A stretch of 64,000 nucleotides of DNA from Ilumatobacteraceae bacterium (GCA_040006755.1 JBDTWJ010000001.1:1041-65040), one strand, 5' to 3'. Positions 26,239-36,232 are shown, numbered from the stretch's first letter. Program-made: numbers and translations. The notes: generated by a model not told the origin, from the letters alone.

Positions 26239-27633
26239 TCACGGCTGGTCGAACGCATCGATCAGCGACAGCAGCGCCTGCTCGACCACCTCCGACAAGG
26301 CCGGATGGATCCACACCTGGCCATTGGCCATCTGATCGACGGTGTTGCCGAGATGCATCCCCTGCACCAAGAGCTGCACCAGGAGCGAGGCCTGGTATCC
26401 GATCACGTGGGCTCCGAGCAGCATGCGCGTGGCGGGATCGCCGATGAGCTTGCAAAATCCGGCGTCGTCCTCCAACGCCCAGCCGTACGCGGCACTGCCG
26501 TACGCCTGGCGGATCACCGAAATCGGAATGCCGAGCTCGATGGCAGCCGTCTCGGTCAACCCTACGGTGCCGATCTGCGGGCTGCCGAAAACGGCATGCG
26601 GTGCAGGGCGGTGGTCGAATTCGCGCAGGTCATCGGGATGAAGAAGGTTGTGCTGGATCACCTTCGCTTCGCCGTTGGCCATGTGCTTCAGCTGGTAGCG
26701 CCCGTTGACGTCGCCGAGCGCCCATACCCCGTCAGCGCTCGTTCGGCCGTACTCGTCGACGATGACCCGGCCATCGATGCCGATCTCGACACCGCCCGCT
26801 TCAGCGGTGATGTCGTCGCCGTTCGGCGTCCGGCCAGCAGCAACCAGCAACGTGTCGCCCTCCACGACGATGTGGTTGTCGCCGTCGGTCGACAGGCGCA
26901 CAGCAATGCCTTCCGCCGTCATGTACGCCCGCTCGACGTGAGCGCCGAGAAACAACTCGAAGCGGTCGCCGGCCAACTCGGTGTAGCGCTGCGAGATCTC
27001 ATGGTCCTGCATGCGCAGCATTCGGTGGCTGCGGTTGACGATCGTGACGCGAGAGCCCAGGGATGCGAAGACGTGACCGAGCTCGGCAGCGATGAAACCT
27101 CCGCCGAGCACGACGAGATGCTTCGGCTGGTGTGCGATTCTCAGGATGGTGTCGCTGGTGTGGTACGGGACGTCGTGGATGCCGTGGATGTCTGGGATGA
27201 ACGATCGCGCACCGTTTGCCAGCACGATGCGGTCGCCGGTGATGGTGTCACCGTTCACCTCTAAGGTGCGCTCGCCGACGAAATTGGCGTCGCCTTGGTA
27301 GACGCTCACGTGGGGAAGGCTCAATCTGTAGAGACGACCATCCTCTGCGATCGGATCGATCCTGTTGAACACGCGCCGTACGATCGCCGGCCAATCTGCT
27401 GATTCGAATCTGGTCGCCACGCCGTACTTCGTGCTGTTGTCGTGGGCGGCGGACTCCGCAACATCGGCGGCATAGACCTGCATCTTCGACGGGATGCAGC
27501 CGCGATTCAGACATGTGCCACCGAAGGTCCACCGTTCGACAATCGCGATTTTCCAGCCGGCCATCTCGTCGTTGATCACCGAGTTACCGGAGCCGGTGCC
27601 GACGATGATCAGGTCGTAGTTTTCCGTGGTCAC
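26239..27633 (-). CDS. mtr: mycothione reductase-like pyridine nucleotide-disulfide oxidoreductase
   Basis: IIVGTGSGNSV...GGTCLNRGCIPSKM redox-active disulfide and a C-terminal HPALSE dyad. The GSGNS N-terminus is what I associate with Mtr rather than LpdA. GTG 27633 is preferred over 27681, which would overlap the divergent gene. Confidence 0.75.
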   Translation of the reverse strand: MTTENYDLIIVGTGSGNSVINDEMAGWKIAIVERWTFGGTCLNRGCIPSKMQVYAADVAESAAHDNSTKYGVATRFESADWPAIVRRVFNRIDPIAEDGRLYRLSLPHVSVYQGDANFVGERTLEVNGDTITGDRIVLANGARSFIPDIHGIHDVPYHTSDTILRIAHQPKHLVVLGGGFIAAELGHVFASLGSRVTIVNRSHRMLRMQDHEISQRYTELAGDRFELFLGAHVERAYMTAEGIAVRLSTDGDNHIVVEGDTLLVAAGRTPNGDDITAEAGGVEIGIDGRVIVDEYGRTSADGVWALGDVNGRYQLKHMANGEAKVIQHNLLHPDDLREFDHRPAPHAVFGSPQIGTVGLTETAAIELGIPISVIRQAYGSAAYGWALEDDAGFCKLIGDPATRMLLGAHVIGYQASLLVQLLVQGMHLGNTVDQMANGQVWIHPALSEVVEQALLSLIDAFDQP

Positions 27634-27671
27634 GGCATCAGCCTTGCAGCTTGTGCTGGCAGAATTGAGGT

Positions 27672-28778
27672 GTGACCGCAATCGATCAGATCCGACCGAC
27701 CGACTCGTGCCTGCATGTCACGTGGGACGATGGGGTCGAGAGTTGGTACCCCTGGCTGTGGCTGCGCGACCACGCCCACGACGACAAGACGATCCATCCC
27801 GTCACCCAACAGCGGCAACTCGACACGGCGACATTGCCGGCCGACCTGCGCGCGTCGTCGGCTACCACCGACAACCGGGTCGCGCGTATCCATTGGCAGG
27901 GAAACAGGGAGGTGTCAGAGGTTCCGATCGACTTCCTCCATCGCTTCCGGTCGCCAATGCCGGCTCGCATCGCGCCACTACCCCGACCCGTGTTGTGGGA
28001 CTGTGCCACGATCGCCGATGCTTCGCTGGAGGTCGACTACGAGGTCGTCATGAGCAGCGACGAAGGCGTGCGCCAATGGATGTCGATCATCGCGGCGTAC
28101 GGGTTCGCCTTGGTCACGGGGACTCCCGCAACAGCCGGTGCCACAGAGGGCCTCATCCGCCGCGTCGGATATGTGCGCGAGACGATCTTCGGTGGCTTCT
28201 GGCAATTCACCGATGACTTCTCGAAAGCGGATCTCGCGTACACCACGACGCATCTCTCGTCGCACACCGACGGCACATACAGCCACGACGCGCCGGGTTT
28301 GCAGATGTTGCATTGCCTACACTTCGAGGGCTCTGGTGGCGAGTCGACGTTGGTCGACGGATTCAAGATCGCAGAGGTGCTCCGCACTACAGAACCCGAG
28401 TTGTTCGAGGTGCTGTCGACCGTCGCGATTCCCGGCCAATACATCGGCGATGGTTCGCATCTCATGTCGGCGCGACCTGTGTTCCGCCACGATCACAACG
28501 GCAGCCTGGTGCAGGTGTCGTACAACAACTCCGACCGAGCGCCTTTCCTGCTGCCCCCCGACGACATGGCACGTCTCTATTCCGCGTTGCGAGTGTTCGA
28601 CCAATTGGCCAACGATCCAGTGATGCAGTGGAGTCAGGTACTACGACCCGGCAACGCATTGCTGTTCGACAACTGGCGCGCGCTGCACGGCCGGCACGCG
28701 TACGAGGGCCAGCGCACGATGTGCGGCGCCTACCTCAATCACGAGGATTTCGAGAGCCGGTTGCGGACGGCCGGTTGA
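27672..28778 (+). CDS. TauD/TfdA-family Fe(II)/2OG dioxygenase with gamma-butyrobetaine-hydroxylase-like N-terminal domain
   Basis: N-terminal DUF971-like segment (LHVTWDDGVESWYPWLWLRDH). HTDGTY...HD facial triad and a C-terminal NWRALHGR. Confidence 0.8.
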   Translation: MTAIDQIRPTDSCLHVTWDDGVESWYPWLWLRDHAHDDKTIHPVTQQRQLDTATLPADLRASSATTDNRVARIHWQGNREVSEVPIDFLHRFRSPMPARIAPLPRPVLWDCATIADASLEVDYEVVMSSDEGVRQWMSIIAAYGFALVTGTPATAGATEGLIRRVGYVRETIFGGFWQFTDDFSKADLAYTTTHLSSHTDGTYSHDAPGLQMLHCLHFEGSGGESTLVDGFKIAEVLRTTEPELFEVLSTVAIPGQYIGDGSHLMSARPVFRHDHNGSLVQVSYNNSDRAPFLLPPDDMARLYSALRVFDQLANDPVMQWSQVLRPGNALLFDNWRALHGRHAYEGQRTMCGAYLNHEDFESRLRTAG

Positions 28779-29461
28779 GCGACACCGTGAGCGACACCAA
28801 CTGCATCCCGAACGGCGGCACCGAGGAGATCACCGACGGCGACGTCACGTGGGTGTTCGATCGCGCCTTCCTCACATCCAACTGGACGTGCATCTGGGGT
28901 CGCGGCTGCAAGGGCATCCTCGACGTACCCGCGGAGGAGCTCAACCAGGGTTGCTGCTCGATTGGCGCCGAACTAGCCGACGAGGAAGAGGCGATGACCA
29001 TCTCGGCCCTCGCGGCAACGCTCGATGCCGATGTCTTCCAACACATCGACGCCATCGACGAGGACGACGTCTTCAGCGATGAGACGCGAACCAACACGAA
29101 GGTCGTCGATGGAGCCTGCATCTTCCTGAACCCTCCCGGTTTCGAAGGCGGCGAGGGCTGCACACTGCACCTTGCCGCGCTGCGCGTCGACGACTCTCCG
29201 ACCGTGTGGAAGCCATCGGTGTGTTGGCAACTTCCGATCAAGGTCGATTGGGAAGAAGCGTCGAACGGCTCCGAGATCGCCCGGCTCCGCGGTTGGAAGC
29301 GTCACGATTGGGGCGACGACGGTGAGTCGATGCACTGGTGCTGCACCGAAGGACCGGAGGCATATATCGGTGATCGCATGGTCGTTGATTCGCTCGCGGA
29401 GGAACTGACCGCAGTCGTCGGCGAGCCTGTGTACGTCGAGTTGCGGCGACGGCTCCATTGA
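28775..29461 (+). CDS. Cys-rich conserved hypothetical protein
   Basis: CIWGRGCKGI...GCCSIG...GACIFLNPPGFEGGEGCTLH...VCWQLP...HWCC. The start is TTG 28775 or GTG 28787, overlapping or abutting the dioxygenase stop. The upstream part of the 28313 ORF was rejected. Confidence 0.55.
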   Translation: MSDTVSDTNCIPNGGTEEITDGDVTWVFDRAFLTSNWTCIWGRGCKGILDVPAEELNQGCCSIGAELADEEEAMTISALAATLDADVFQHIDAIDEDDVFSDETRTNTKVVDGACIFLNPPGFEGGEGCTLHLAALRVDDSPTVWKPSVCWQLPIKVDWEEASNGSEIARLRGWKRHDWGDDGESMHWCCTEGPEAYIGDRMVVDSLAEELTAVVGEPVYVELRRRLH

Positions 29462-29496
29462 CGTACGCCGCCCAACACGGCGAGCGACAACGTGAT

Positions 29497-30108
29497 CTAC
29501 AACTCGTCGTTGCGTGTCGCTGTCACCAGCTGGCCTTCGAGCAGCGAGATACGTTGACCGAACGTGTGACCCGAATCGGTGAAACGCAGCGTGATCCCCG
29601 CGAGGTTGCCAATAGGGTCGTCGTCCAGACCGTGCAATCTTGCAAGACCACGGATGACACCCCCGTGCGTGACGACCAGGAACGAACCTCCTGTGGTCGT
29701 CGCCCTGATCGTGTCGAATCCCTCGAGCACCCGAGCCAGCACCAGGTCGACATCCTCGAACCCCTGGGGGCGACGACCATCGTCGAGCCACTTCGGCCAG
29801 CCTTTGTCGATCTCCGCCCGAGTGAGGCCCGACCACTCGCCGACGTCACGTTCGCGCAACCGTTGGTCGACCATCACCGGACCGACGCCCACGTGTTGGG
29901 CGATGATCGCTGCTGTTTCGGCGGCACGAACCAGATCACTGGAGATGATGCCGTCCACGGCGCCGACTGCGAGCGCAGCGACCGCTGACTGCCGGCGACC
30001 GAGCTCCGACAGCGCCGGGTCGGCATGTCCCTGCCAACGACCGACCGCGTTCCATTCCGATTGGCCGTGGCGAATCACAAGCAGGTCTGTGGCCAACATC
30101 GCATCCAT
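29497..30108 (-). CDS. histidine phosphatase superfamily (phosphoglycerate-mutase-like) protein
   Basis: LLVIRHGQSEWN catalytic motif and a later VTHGGVIR. ATG 30108 lies 10 nt after the BY-kinase stop. Confidence 0.85.
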   Translation of the reverse strand: MDAMLATDLLVIRHGQSEWNAVGRWQGHADPALSELGRRQSAVAALAVGAVDGIISSDLVRAAETAAIIAQHVGVGPVMVDQRLRERDVGEWSGLTRAEIDKGWPKWLDDGRRPQGFEDVDLVLARVLEGFDTIRATTTGGSFLVVTHGGVIRGLARLHGLDDDPIGNLAGITLRFTDSGHTFGQRISLLEGQLVTATRNDEL

Positions 30109-30118
30109 AGACCCGTAG

Positions 30119-31648
30119 CTACCGCCGCCGCTTCGCACGCCCGGGCTGCACGTAGTCGTACTCGCTCGTGACAACGCTGTCGACCTTGGCGCGGTTCAAC
30201 ACGATGCCCAACAGCGGTGCACCGACCCGTTCGAGTGTGGCGAGGCTGTCGCGCAGGTGGGCCAGTGACACGCGCTTCGCCTGGGCGACCAGCAGGACGC
30301 CGTCGACGTGTCGGGACAGCGCTGCCGCGTCGCTGACCGCCAGAAGGGGCGCTGAGTCGATGATCACGTAATCGAAACGCCTCGAGAGTTCTTCGGCGAA
30401 CGCATCCATGCGCCGACCGCCGAGCAACTCGCTGGGATTCGGGGGCACGGGCCCGCCGACGATCACCCACAACTGATCGGTGATGCGCTGGATGGTGAGC
30501 TCCATCGGGTCGCCGGCAAGGTTGTTGGTGAGCCCATTGCTGCCGTCGATCGCGAACAACCGATGGAGGTCGGGCTTGCGAAGGTCGGCGTCGACCAGCA
30601 CCACATTGGCGCCGGTCTGGGCGAGCACGACCGCCAGGTTCGCGGCGGTCGTCGATTTGCCCTCGCCGGGCCTGGTGCTCGTCACCTGGATCGATCGTAT
30701 CTTGCGTTCGATACCGAGGAATTGAAGATTGGTTCGGAGGTGTCGGTACGCCTCGACCGGTGGGCTCTCCGGAGCCGAGATCGCGATCGGCCGATTGTCG
30801 CGACTCGCCACGTTCGGGACCATGGCCAGTACTGGCACGTCGGCGCCGAGCCTCGCGAGATCACTCGGCCTTCGCACCGAGTCGTCGAGGCCGCCGATGA
30901 GAAGTGCAGCACCGAGTCCCAACAGCAGACCAACGATGGCGGCCAGCGTGGCCGTGCGGACAGGCGTCGGCTTGATCGGATTGATCGGCACCGCCGCTGG
31001 CCGCACAATTTCGGCATTGCCCGCAGACAGCGCGGCATCGACCTGCAGTTCGTCGATGCGCTGACGGAAGAGCGCCTGTTGGTCCACCAGGGCACCGCGG
31101 TCGGCCGCTGCTGTGGCATCGTCGTCGGTGGAGCTGGCGTCGATGCGTGTCTCGAGTTTGTCGATCTTGACCTGCAGTTCGCTGATCTTGCTCTGCAACT
31201 GCGAACTTGCCGCGACCATGCCGGCGATCATCCGCTCGCGTTTCACATCGATGTAGGCACCGACGTATGCGTCGGCTAGTGCTGCTGCAGTTTCAGGATC
31301 CCCGCTTCGCACGCTGACTGTGATGACATCGGCGTCGGCGAATCCACTCCCGCTCACGGCTGGAGGCTCGTCCTCGAGTCCCAGGTTCTTGATCAAGCGC
31401 TTGTAGACCGCGTGGCCCTCGAGCACCGAGATCTCGTTCTGCACCAAACGGTCCGGGTTGCTGATTTGCTGGCTGCTTCCGAAGACCGACTCGCCGGGGA
31501 GCACGTGGACCAACATCTCGGCGTTCGCCTCGTAGATGTCCGACTGACGTGCCGACAGCGCGAGGGCCGGAGCTGCGGTCGCGAGGATGGCAAGGATGAC
31601 GATCCAGGATCTGCGAGCGATGACGCGCCAGACGTCGCGCACGGTCAT
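30119..31648 (-). CDS. polysaccharide co-polymerase / tyrosine autokinase (BY-kinase)
   Basis: Wzz-like N-terminus with a coiled-coil periplasmic loop and two TM segments. Walker A GEGKST, A' VLVDADLRKP, B DYVIIDSAP, and a C-terminal SEYDYV. Confidence 0.88.
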   Translation of the reverse strand: MTVRDVWRVIARRSWIVILAILATAAPALALSARQSDIYEANAEMLVHVLPGESVFGSSQQISNPDRLVQNEISVLEGHAVYKRLIKNLGLEDEPPAVSGSGFADADVITVSVRSGDPETAAALADAYVGAYIDVKRERMIAGMVAASSQLQSKISELQVKIDKLETRIDASSTDDDATAAADRGALVDQQALFRQRIDELQVDAALSAGNAEIVRPAAVPINPIKPTPVRTATLAAIVGLLLGLGAALLIGGLDDSVRRPSDLARLGADVPVLAMVPNVASRDNRPIAISAPESPPVEAYRHLRTNLQFLGIERKIRSIQVTSTRPGEGKSTTAANLAVVLAQTGANVVLVDADLRKPDLHRLFAIDGSNGLTNNLAGDPMELTIQRITDQLWVIVGGPVPPNPSELLGGRRMDAFAEELSRRFDYVIIDSAPLLAVSDAAALSRHVDGVLLVAQAKRVSLAHLRDSLATLERVGAPLLGIVLNRAKVDSVVTSEYDYVQPGRAKRRR

Positions 31649-32256
31649 CTCGGAGCGTCCGGACCGAGTACCACGATCACGTCACCCTGGTCATCGGAGG
31701 TGGTGATCGTCGGCGGGGCGGCGGTGGGGAACGCCGTGATGATGGCGCCGGGCACCAAGATGTCGTTGGCGACGATTGCGGCCTCGTCGTCGAATCCAGC
31801 GCGGTAGTAGATGACTGTCGCGTCGACAGTGCGCGACGCATCGCCCTGAACAATGAGATAGCCGAGCGGCGACAACCGATCGGCCGTGATGGCGGCAAGT
31901 CGGAACCGACCATCACCGTTGGCGATCACCAGCCGGACCTGCTGGCGCGGCACTGGGCTTCTGACCGTCGTCGTGGTCGCTTCCTGAGCGGTGGTCGTCG
32001 TCGCCGCGTTCGTGGCCGAAGTCGGGGCTACGGATGTCGTGGACGACTCCGTGGTGGTGGATGCGATGGGCGTCACCGACGGCTCCACGGTCGTCGTCGC
32101 GGCGGGTTCGTCGGATGTCGGCACGGAGTCGATCACGACGGTGATGGACGGGTCGAGTACGAATTGGTCGCTCGGCACAGGGCGGCCGGCGATTGCCACG
32201 CCAGCGAGTCCGCCGACGACAATCACGGCGAGTGCGAACGGCCACGACTTGCGCAT
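31645..32256 (-). CDS. LytR_C domain-containing membrane-anchored protein
   Basis: TM anchor, a Thr/Ser-rich linker and a C-terminal VRLVIANGDG...VIYYRAGFDDEA. Its stop overlaps the BY-kinase start (ATGA). Confidence 0.7.
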   Translation of the reverse strand: MRKSWPFALAVIVVGGLAGVAIAGRPVPSDQFVLDPSITVVIDSVPTSDEPAATTTVEPSVTPIASTTTESSTTSVAPTSATNAATTTTAQEATTTTVRSPVPRQQVRLVIANGDGRFRLAAITADRLSPLGYLIVQGDASRTVDATVIYYRAGFDDEAAIVANDILVPGAIITAFPTAAPPTITTSDDQGDVIVVLGPDAPR

Positions 32257-32371
32257 GAGGCTGCAAGTTACCAGCGGACCTTCGACGCCGTCCGTGACGA
32301 CCTCGAAGACTGCGGCACCGGTATCCTCTGGCGATCGCGAATGAGGGGCGAAGGTGGGCTGCCCGCACCGT

Positions 32372-32441
32372 CAATGCTTGGGTCGCGGCTGTTCGTCGGG
32401 TCGCGAGCCACCCGCGCGCGGCCGGCAATGTTTGGGTCGCG
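32372..32441. promoter_or_regulatory. 16-nt direct repeat CAATG(C/T)TTGGGTCGCG x2, 54-nt period
   Basis: Copies at 32372-32387 and 32426-32441 (15/16 identical). They lie in the divergent region between the LytR_C operon and the DUF4012 gene. Confidence 0.3.
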
Positions 32442-32468
32442 TGGATCGCCATCGCAGCGTCCGGAGGC

Positions 32469-34481
32469 GTGGCAGTTGCGGGACCTTCCCCCACTGGGTC
32501 GATGATCATCGATGACTTTCTGCTCGTCGTCACCGTGTCGGCGTGCATCTGGTTGATTGCGACCGCTCCGTGGGCTCGCCGCTGGCAACGAACGCTCCGT
32601 CCGATCATCACCGCGCTCGTCGTTGCCGTCGTGCTGCAGGTGGTCGCGAGGCTCGGCAACATCTTGCTGCACGGTTTCACGGCCGCGCTGGGCGTCGTCC
32701 CGGTCCTTCTCGTCACGTTGCTCGCCATTCACCGACAGTCCGGGCACCACCGCCTGAAGCTCTGGTCAGCCTTCGGTGCAGTCGCGGCAGCGGCCATCCT
32801 CGCAATGATCGGACTCGGCGTTGCCGCGGCCTCCGCTCGTCCCGATCTCACAAATGGAGCTGAGACCACAATGGAGGCACTGCAAGCCTTGAAGTTGGGC
32901 GACTTCGACTCGGCGCGCGACGGCTTCCGACGTGCCGCAGACCTGCTCGGCAGCGCGGTCGACGACCTCGAGACGCCATGGGCTCAGCCGTCCCGGTTCC
33001 TACCCGTCGTTGCGCAGCACCGCAGAGCCGCGTCGGATCTCGCCAAGTCGACCGAGTCGGTCTCACGCGCCATCGTCGACGTGCTGGGAGAGATCGACTT
33101 CGATCGGCTGCGCGTCGTCAATGGCACGATCGACATCGGCGCGATCACGGCCTTGCACGATCCTCTCAGTCGGCTGTATGAGGCGTTGGCCGATCTTCGC
33201 TCGACGGTCGATGCTGTAGATAGCCAATGGCTCGTCGATCCGATCCGAAAGCGGTTGGCAACCTTTGTGCGCGAGATCGATGACGAGCAGGTCGAGGGCG
33301 AGCGGGCGATGCTCGCTGTGCAGCGCACGCCAGCGATGCTCGGCGCCAACGGGCCACGGGTGTACTTCATCGCCTTCACGACGCCTGCAGAGTCGCGAGG
33401 TCTTGGTGGGTCGATGGGCAACTGGGCCGAGGTGACGATCGACTCCGGTCGATTCTCGGTCACCGGCTTCGGGCGCACAGCCGATCTCGCGGTTGATGGA
33501 AACACCGAGCGTTGGGAGCGCGTGACCAGTTCGCCGCACTTCCCGGATGTGGCCAAGTCGATCGCCGAGGGATACCCAGCGTTCAGCGGTCATGACGTGG
33601 ATGGTGTGTTCGCCATGGACGTCTATACCGTTGCCGCGTTCATCAAGATGACGGGTCCGATCGATCTCACCTCCGCGGTGCAGACCGTGTCGGTCGACAA
33701 CGCTGCGACGTTGTTGCTCAGCGATCAATATGCAGTCGCTCAGAATGGTGCCGAACGAATCGACCTGATCGAGGAGGTCGCGGGCACCACGCTCGGGCGT
33801 CTGCTGACGACGTCCCTGCCCGCGCCGCCCGACCTGGTCGAGTTGTTGAGCCCGTTGGCCACACAGGGACGACTCGACGGTTGGGCGCGTCGACCGAGCG
33901 AGCAAGAGTTGTTCCAGCAGATGCGAATATCGGGCGAGCTCCCGGTGCTGCACGGCGGCGACGGTCTGGCGATCGTTGTCAACAACGTCGGCAACAACAA
34001 GATCGACTACTACTTGACCGGTGAGGTGTTGTATTCGGTCGACACCGACGCAGCTTCCGGTATGGCGACCGCCGGCATCGAGATCACCTTGCGCAATAGC
34101 GCGCCCGCCGGTGCGCTCGAACCAGCGATCGTGTTCGGCAACTCCGCGGGGGCTCCGCCGGGTACAAACCTGATGGACCTCAGTGTGTATTCCGCACTGC
34201 CAGTCACGGAGGTGACTGGAGATGGCCAGCCTCCAGCAACAACGGTCGACGTCCCCTCTCACGGCTTCAACATCACGACGCGGGTGCTGCAGATCTCCGC
34301 GCTGTCGACGACGCACATCCATATGGAACTCGCCGGTCCACTCGACCTCAGCGTTGGGTACCACGCCGTCATCAGGAACGGCGCATCGGTGATTCCACTG
34401 AAGATGACCGTGTTCGTCGACGGTGATCCCATCGACGAGTCAACGATGGCCTTGGCAGGCCTCCACACCATCGATCTCTAG
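32469..34481 (+). CDS. DUF4012 domain-containing membrane protein
   Basis: N-terminal TM helices followed by a large extracytoplasmic domain with RVYFIAFTTPAESRGLGGSMGNWAEV, which I associate with DUF4012. Confidence 0.7.
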   Translation: MAVAGPSPTGSMIIDDFLLVVTVSACIWLIATAPWARRWQRTLRPIITALVVAVVLQVVARLGNILLHGFTAALGVVPVLLVTLLAIHRQSGHHRLKLWSAFGAVAAAAILAMIGLGVAAASARPDLTNGAETTMEALQALKLGDFDSARDGFRRAADLLGSAVDDLETPWAQPSRFLPVVAQHRRAASDLAKSTESVSRAIVDVLGEIDFDRLRVVNGTIDIGAITALHDPLSRLYEALADLRSTVDAVDSQWLVDPIRKRLATFVREIDDEQVEGERAMLAVQRTPAMLGANGPRVYFIAFTTPAESRGLGGSMGNWAEVTIDSGRFSVTGFGRTADLAVDGNTERWERVTSSPHFPDVAKSIAEGYPAFSGHDVDGVFAMDVYTVAAFIKMTGPIDLTSAVQTVSVDNAATLLLSDQYAVAQNGAERIDLIEEVAGTTLGRLLTTSLPAPPDLVELLSPLATQGRLDGWARRPSEQELFQQMRISGELPVLHGGDGLAIVVNNVGNNKIDYYLTGEVLYSVDTDAASGMATAGIEITLRNSAPAGALEPAIVFGNSAGAPPGTNLMDLSVYSALPVTEVTGDGQPPATTVDVPSHGFNITTRVLQISALSTTHIHMELAGPLDLSVGYHAVIRNGASVIPLKMTVFVDGDPIDESTMALAGLHTIDL

Positions 34482-34503
34482 ACGTCCGTAGACTACCGCC
34501 AGC

Positions 34504-35508
34504 GTGCAGAGGTCAGTCAGTGGAGGGCCCGTGGACAAGGAAGCTCGAATCTATGTCGCCGGCCACGCGGGTCTCGTGGGATCGGCTGTGGTCCGTCGGC
34601 TGGAGGCGGATGGCTTTACGAACATCCTCACCGCCAACCGCCAGCAACTCGATCTGCGCGATCAGGCTGAAGTCTCACATTGGTTCAAGGCCAACCGTCC
34701 CCAGTACGTGTTTCTCGTTGCTGGCACTGTGGGCGGAATCCTGGCGAACAGCACCCGGCCTGCCGAGTTCATCTACGACAACATGATGATCCACGGCACG
34801 GTGGTGCACGCCTCCCACCTCTACGACGTCACGAAGCTGCTGTACCTCGGCTCGTCGTGCATCTACCCCCGTCACGCAACGCAGCCGATCACCGAGGAAG
34901 AGTTGCTCACCGGTCCGCTCGAGCCGACCAACGAGTGGTATGCCATTGCGAAGATCGCCGGCATCAAGTTGTGTCAGGCCTATCGACAGCAGTACGGCAG
35001 CGACTTCATCTCGGCGATGCCGACCAACCTGTACGGCCCCAACGACAATTTCGATCTCACCAGCGGCCACGTGCTGCCCGCGTTGATCCGCAAGTTCCAC
35101 GACGCCAAAACAAGCGGCGCGAAGGGTGTGGAGATCTGGGGCACAGGTTCGCCGATGCGCGAGTTCCTCCACGTCGACGACTTGGCCGACGCTTGCTTGC
35201 ACCTGATGCGTCACTACAGCGATGCCATCCACATCAACGTCGGAACCGGCATCGACCTGTCGATACGCGAACTCGCCGAGAAGATCCGCAACTTGGTCCA
35301 CCCCCAGGCGGAACTGCGGTTCGACACCTCGAAGCCCGATGGCACACCCCGCAAAGTGCTCGACGTCAGTCGGCTCACGGCGACGGGTTGGACCCCGAAG
35401 ATCGATCTCGACACGGGCCTGCGCGAGACCTATCAGTGGTTCCTCAAGCAACAGGCAGCACACATCGAGATGCGCGGCATCAACAGCCTCGCCGGCGCAA
35501 CGAATTGA
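34504..35508 (+). CDS. fcl: GDP-L-fucose synthase
   Basis: [13 protein letters not shown] Rossmann motif, GSSCIYP, and [20 protein letters not shown] (catalytic YxxxK). An alternative GTG lies at 34531. Confidence 0.9.
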   Translation: MQRSVSGGPVDKEARIYVAGHAGLVGSAVVRRLEADGFTNILTANRQQLDLRDQAEVSHWFKANRPQYVFLVAGTVGGILANSTRPAEFIYDNMMIHGTVVHASHLYDVTKLLYLGSSCIYPRHATQPITEEELLTGPLEPTNEWYAIAKIAGIKLCQAYRQQYGSDFISAMPTNLYGPNDNFDLTSGHVLPALIRKFHDAKTSGAKGVEIWGTGSPMREFLHVDDLADACLHLMRHYSDAIHINVGTGIDLSIRELAEKIRNLVHPQAELRFDTSKPDGTPRKVLDVSRLTATGWTPKIDLDTGLRETYQWFLKQQAAHIEMRGINSLAGATN

Positions 35509-35525
35509 CGTATCGACAGGAACGG

Positions 35526-35575
35526 GGCGCCGGTTCGGGCTGGGCCTGCTGCGAGCAGCAGCCCGATCCGGCGCC
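35526..35575. terminator. long GC-rich hairpin between convergent genes (bidirectional terminator candidate)
   Basis: GGCGCCGGTTCGGGCTG (35526-35542) pairs with CAGCCCGATCCGGCGCC (35559-35575), 16 of 17 positions. An inner CTGCTG/CAGCAG pairing is also possible. Confidence 0.55.
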
Positions 35576-35590
35576 TGCGTGCCGCGTCGG

Positions 35591-36232
35591 TCAGCCGTCC
35601 TGACCGGCGTGATCGTCGCCGTGATGGCCGTGGTGATCATCGCCCTGACCGTCGTCGTTGCCTGGTGTACACGTGACGTTGGGGTTCCACACTTCAAACA
35701 TGCCGGCGGGGTTGTTCTTGTAGAGCCAGACGTGCAGTGAGTAGTACGCGGGCAGGTCGAAACGATTGCCGACCGGCGTGGAGTTGAACTCCTGGCCGAA
35801 CAGCGAAGGCGGCGACGCGTGCTGAGCGTCCCACGCATCTTTGAACACGACGTATTCGAGAGCAACCAGGCGCAGGCGGCCGTGCTCGTCGGGCTCGTAC
35901 ACGACGGCCTCGGGCGTGAGGGGGTCGATGGCGCCGTCGGGGACGATCGCACCTTTGGCATAGTGCACGCCCATGGCGCCCATGTCGGGCATGTCGATGC
36001 ACGCAATGCCGTCCTTGTCGAGCAGCAGCCCGTAGCCGGCGTCCTGTGCGACCGACAGCTTGCGGAACTGCTGGGTCGCACGCTTGACACGCTTCAGTTC
36101 CCTGTTGATGCTGTTGTTGTCGTCGTGGCCGTGTGACGCGTAGGCGACGCTGACCGCAGTTCCCGACGTCGTCGCAATGATCAGCAGTGGGACGAGGAGC
36201 TTACGAAGCATTCGACTCACCGCCCATGCCAC
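35591..36232 (-). CDS. exported protein of unknown function with His-rich C-terminus
   Basis: Signal peptide (LRKLLVPLLIIATTSGTAVSVAYA), a conserved-looking core (GAMGVHY...SLHVWLY) and a C-terminal GDDHHGHHGDDHAG tail. An alternative ATG lies at 36211. Confidence 0.55.
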   Translation of the reverse strand: MAWAVSRMLRKLLVPLLIIATTSGTAVSVAYASHGHDDNNSINRELKRVKRATQQFRKLSVAQDAGYGLLLDKDGIACIDMPDMGAMGVHYAKGAIVPDGAIDPLTPEAVVYEPDEHGRLRLVALEYVVFKDAWDAQHASPPSLFGQEFNSTPVGNRFDLPAYYSLHVWLYKNNPAGMFEVWNPNVTCTPGNDDGQGDDHHGHHGDDHAGQDG

